NCBI RefSeq assembly: GCF_018350175.1
Contig: NC_058368.1
Span: forward strand, 96,908,001 to 96,972,000
From: Felis catus
Taxonomy: Eukaryota
Direction: 5' to 3'
DNA: 64,000 nucleotides
The notes below the pieces were generated by a model. It was not told the DNA's origin, did no database searches, and saw only the letters and a list, made by a program, of their open reading frames with translations. The position numbers and the translations under genes are program-made. Shown here in pieces: positions 62,461-64,000 of the stretch; positions within the stretch are counted from its first letter, which is position 1, and the number at the start of each line of letters is the position of its first letter.

Positions 62461-64000
62461 GCGCAGTAGTCACAAATATCTAATATGCATGATAGTTAAA
62501 TTTCTCATTTTAAGTAAATAACCTGCTATTCTGGCTTTCAGATGAGTCTCATGCATTTATTAGTGTGCGATTGCAGTATCTCCATATCTATTTATTCTGG
62601 GGCCCTGATATGACAAATTTCCTGGTCTTGCAAAGCCAACTCTAGCCCAATATAAAGGTACCAATAAAACGCAAGCTGGTAAGGGCTGACTTTGAACAAC
62701 GTGATGCCTCCTACTCTGACCACACCTAAGTGGACCATGGATTTCTCCAAACCATAGCAGACTATAGAGAGCCTTGACATAAGAAGTCGGTGACAAAAAT
62801 ACAGAATCTGTTAGCTTTTCCTTAGGAAAATTCGACATAACTTCCAAGAGTCAAGAGACATCAGGATGGATAACAGTGGAAAGATACAGAGAGAATGCAG
62901 TAGATAGAAGCCAAGAGGCCAGAAAGACAATATGGCAGCAGAAGTCATAAGACAGTAGAACCCATTAGGTAGAGAGAACTGAGAGGTGTTGGTCCATAGT
63001 GACTGGCAGAGACAAAGTTGAAGAGACATCTTAAATGGAGAGCATGCCTGCAGCTGCTGTAGCCTGCTCAATGTCCTGGTTCTGCTTGGGGCTCACCTGT
63101 AGTTGCAGAAATAATTCCTTCCTCCTTTATTTCTGTAGCTGTCCTTTCTAAAATGTCTACTGTGTGAGATACATTAGTGGTGTTATATTCCTTGCAACAA
63201 TGGAATAGCCCAACATAATTTTTTTTTAGAAACTTTAAAATAGAGACTTCTTTGATCAGACCTCCAGATTTTCACAGGGCTGTTTTTAAAAGATGATAAA
63301 ATATTTTCCTATGTCTATGTGCTAATGTATTATCGAGAGAAACCCTTTTTGAACGAAAACTTCCTCAGTGTTTTTTCAACCAAGCCAACAGACATATGTT
63401 TACAAACCTATGAGCAAATAAATCAAAAAGTTCAGAGCTCACTATCTTTCACAAACAGAAAATTATTGCTTGTCATATGTTCTCAAAACAAAGCAAAATA
63501 ATCCAATTGAATCATTTTCTAATCTGTGAGACAGAGAATTCATGATGTATTTTGTCACTGTTGATTTAATACAGTTTACATTTTTTTCCTGAGGTTCAGT
63601 AATGTGATCCAAGTGTAATAATTTAGCTCAATTTATTCCTGCCCTTACATAAAACTGTTCTATTCTCATTTCTGTCACCAATTGAATCTCTTATCTCCAG
63701 CTGAAGAACACATTTTCCTTGAAAACTCAGTTCAAAATCCAATCTGAGACTAGCCCTGCACTGACCATTAGTCTCAACCCAAAATGTAGAAAGTCTCTCC
63801 AACTAAAATAAAATTAATAATTGGAAAGAAAAAAAAAAACGACCATTGGTGTAAGAAAACAGGCCTAATGGATACTAACTTAAGAGACTACACTCAATAG
63901 TACACAGACTGTATATGAAAATGTATTTTTCAAATTGGAGAAGCTCCCTTGCAATGCGTTTTATGAGAAAATAGAAAATTGGTGTACAGAGAATATCACT

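Noticed and set aside
1..64000. miRNA, snoRNA, rRNA, numt or ERV coding sequence
   Set aside because: By eye, I found only partial seed-like matches (e.g. TGGAATGT at about 45553) without hairpin context, and no mitochondrial or gag/pol/env sequence. An Rfam/miRBase/BLAST search would be needed to exclude these formally.

Overview
Mammalian nuclear DNA, almost certainly felid (cat-like), judged from about 31 tRNA-derived Can-SINEs of the feline type and carnivore LINE-1s. The window is repeat-rich intronic or intergenic sequence. I cannot recognise any cellular protein-coding exon or RNA gene; the longest ORFs are LINE-1 remnants or chance frames in SINEs, LTRs and microsatellites. Main contents: (1) a full-length but decayed minus-strand L1 (about 19377-26367) inserted in an ancient HAL1-like element; (2) a young 5'-truncated plus-strand L1 (37254-38810) with a 17-bp target-site duplication (TSD) and a possible short 3' transduction; (3) a young CpG-rich solo ERV LTR (62021-62460) with GAS, CCAAT, TATA and polyA motifs; (4) several MaLR LTRs, a Tigger-type element, MER53, MER5A, and L2/MIR relics. 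The unique blocks contain candidate splice sites, a cluster of STAT5-type motifs (28-37 kb) and small duplication or repair scars. I found no convincing novel biological system. Repeat family names come from recalled consensus sequences, and boundaries of old elements are approximate.
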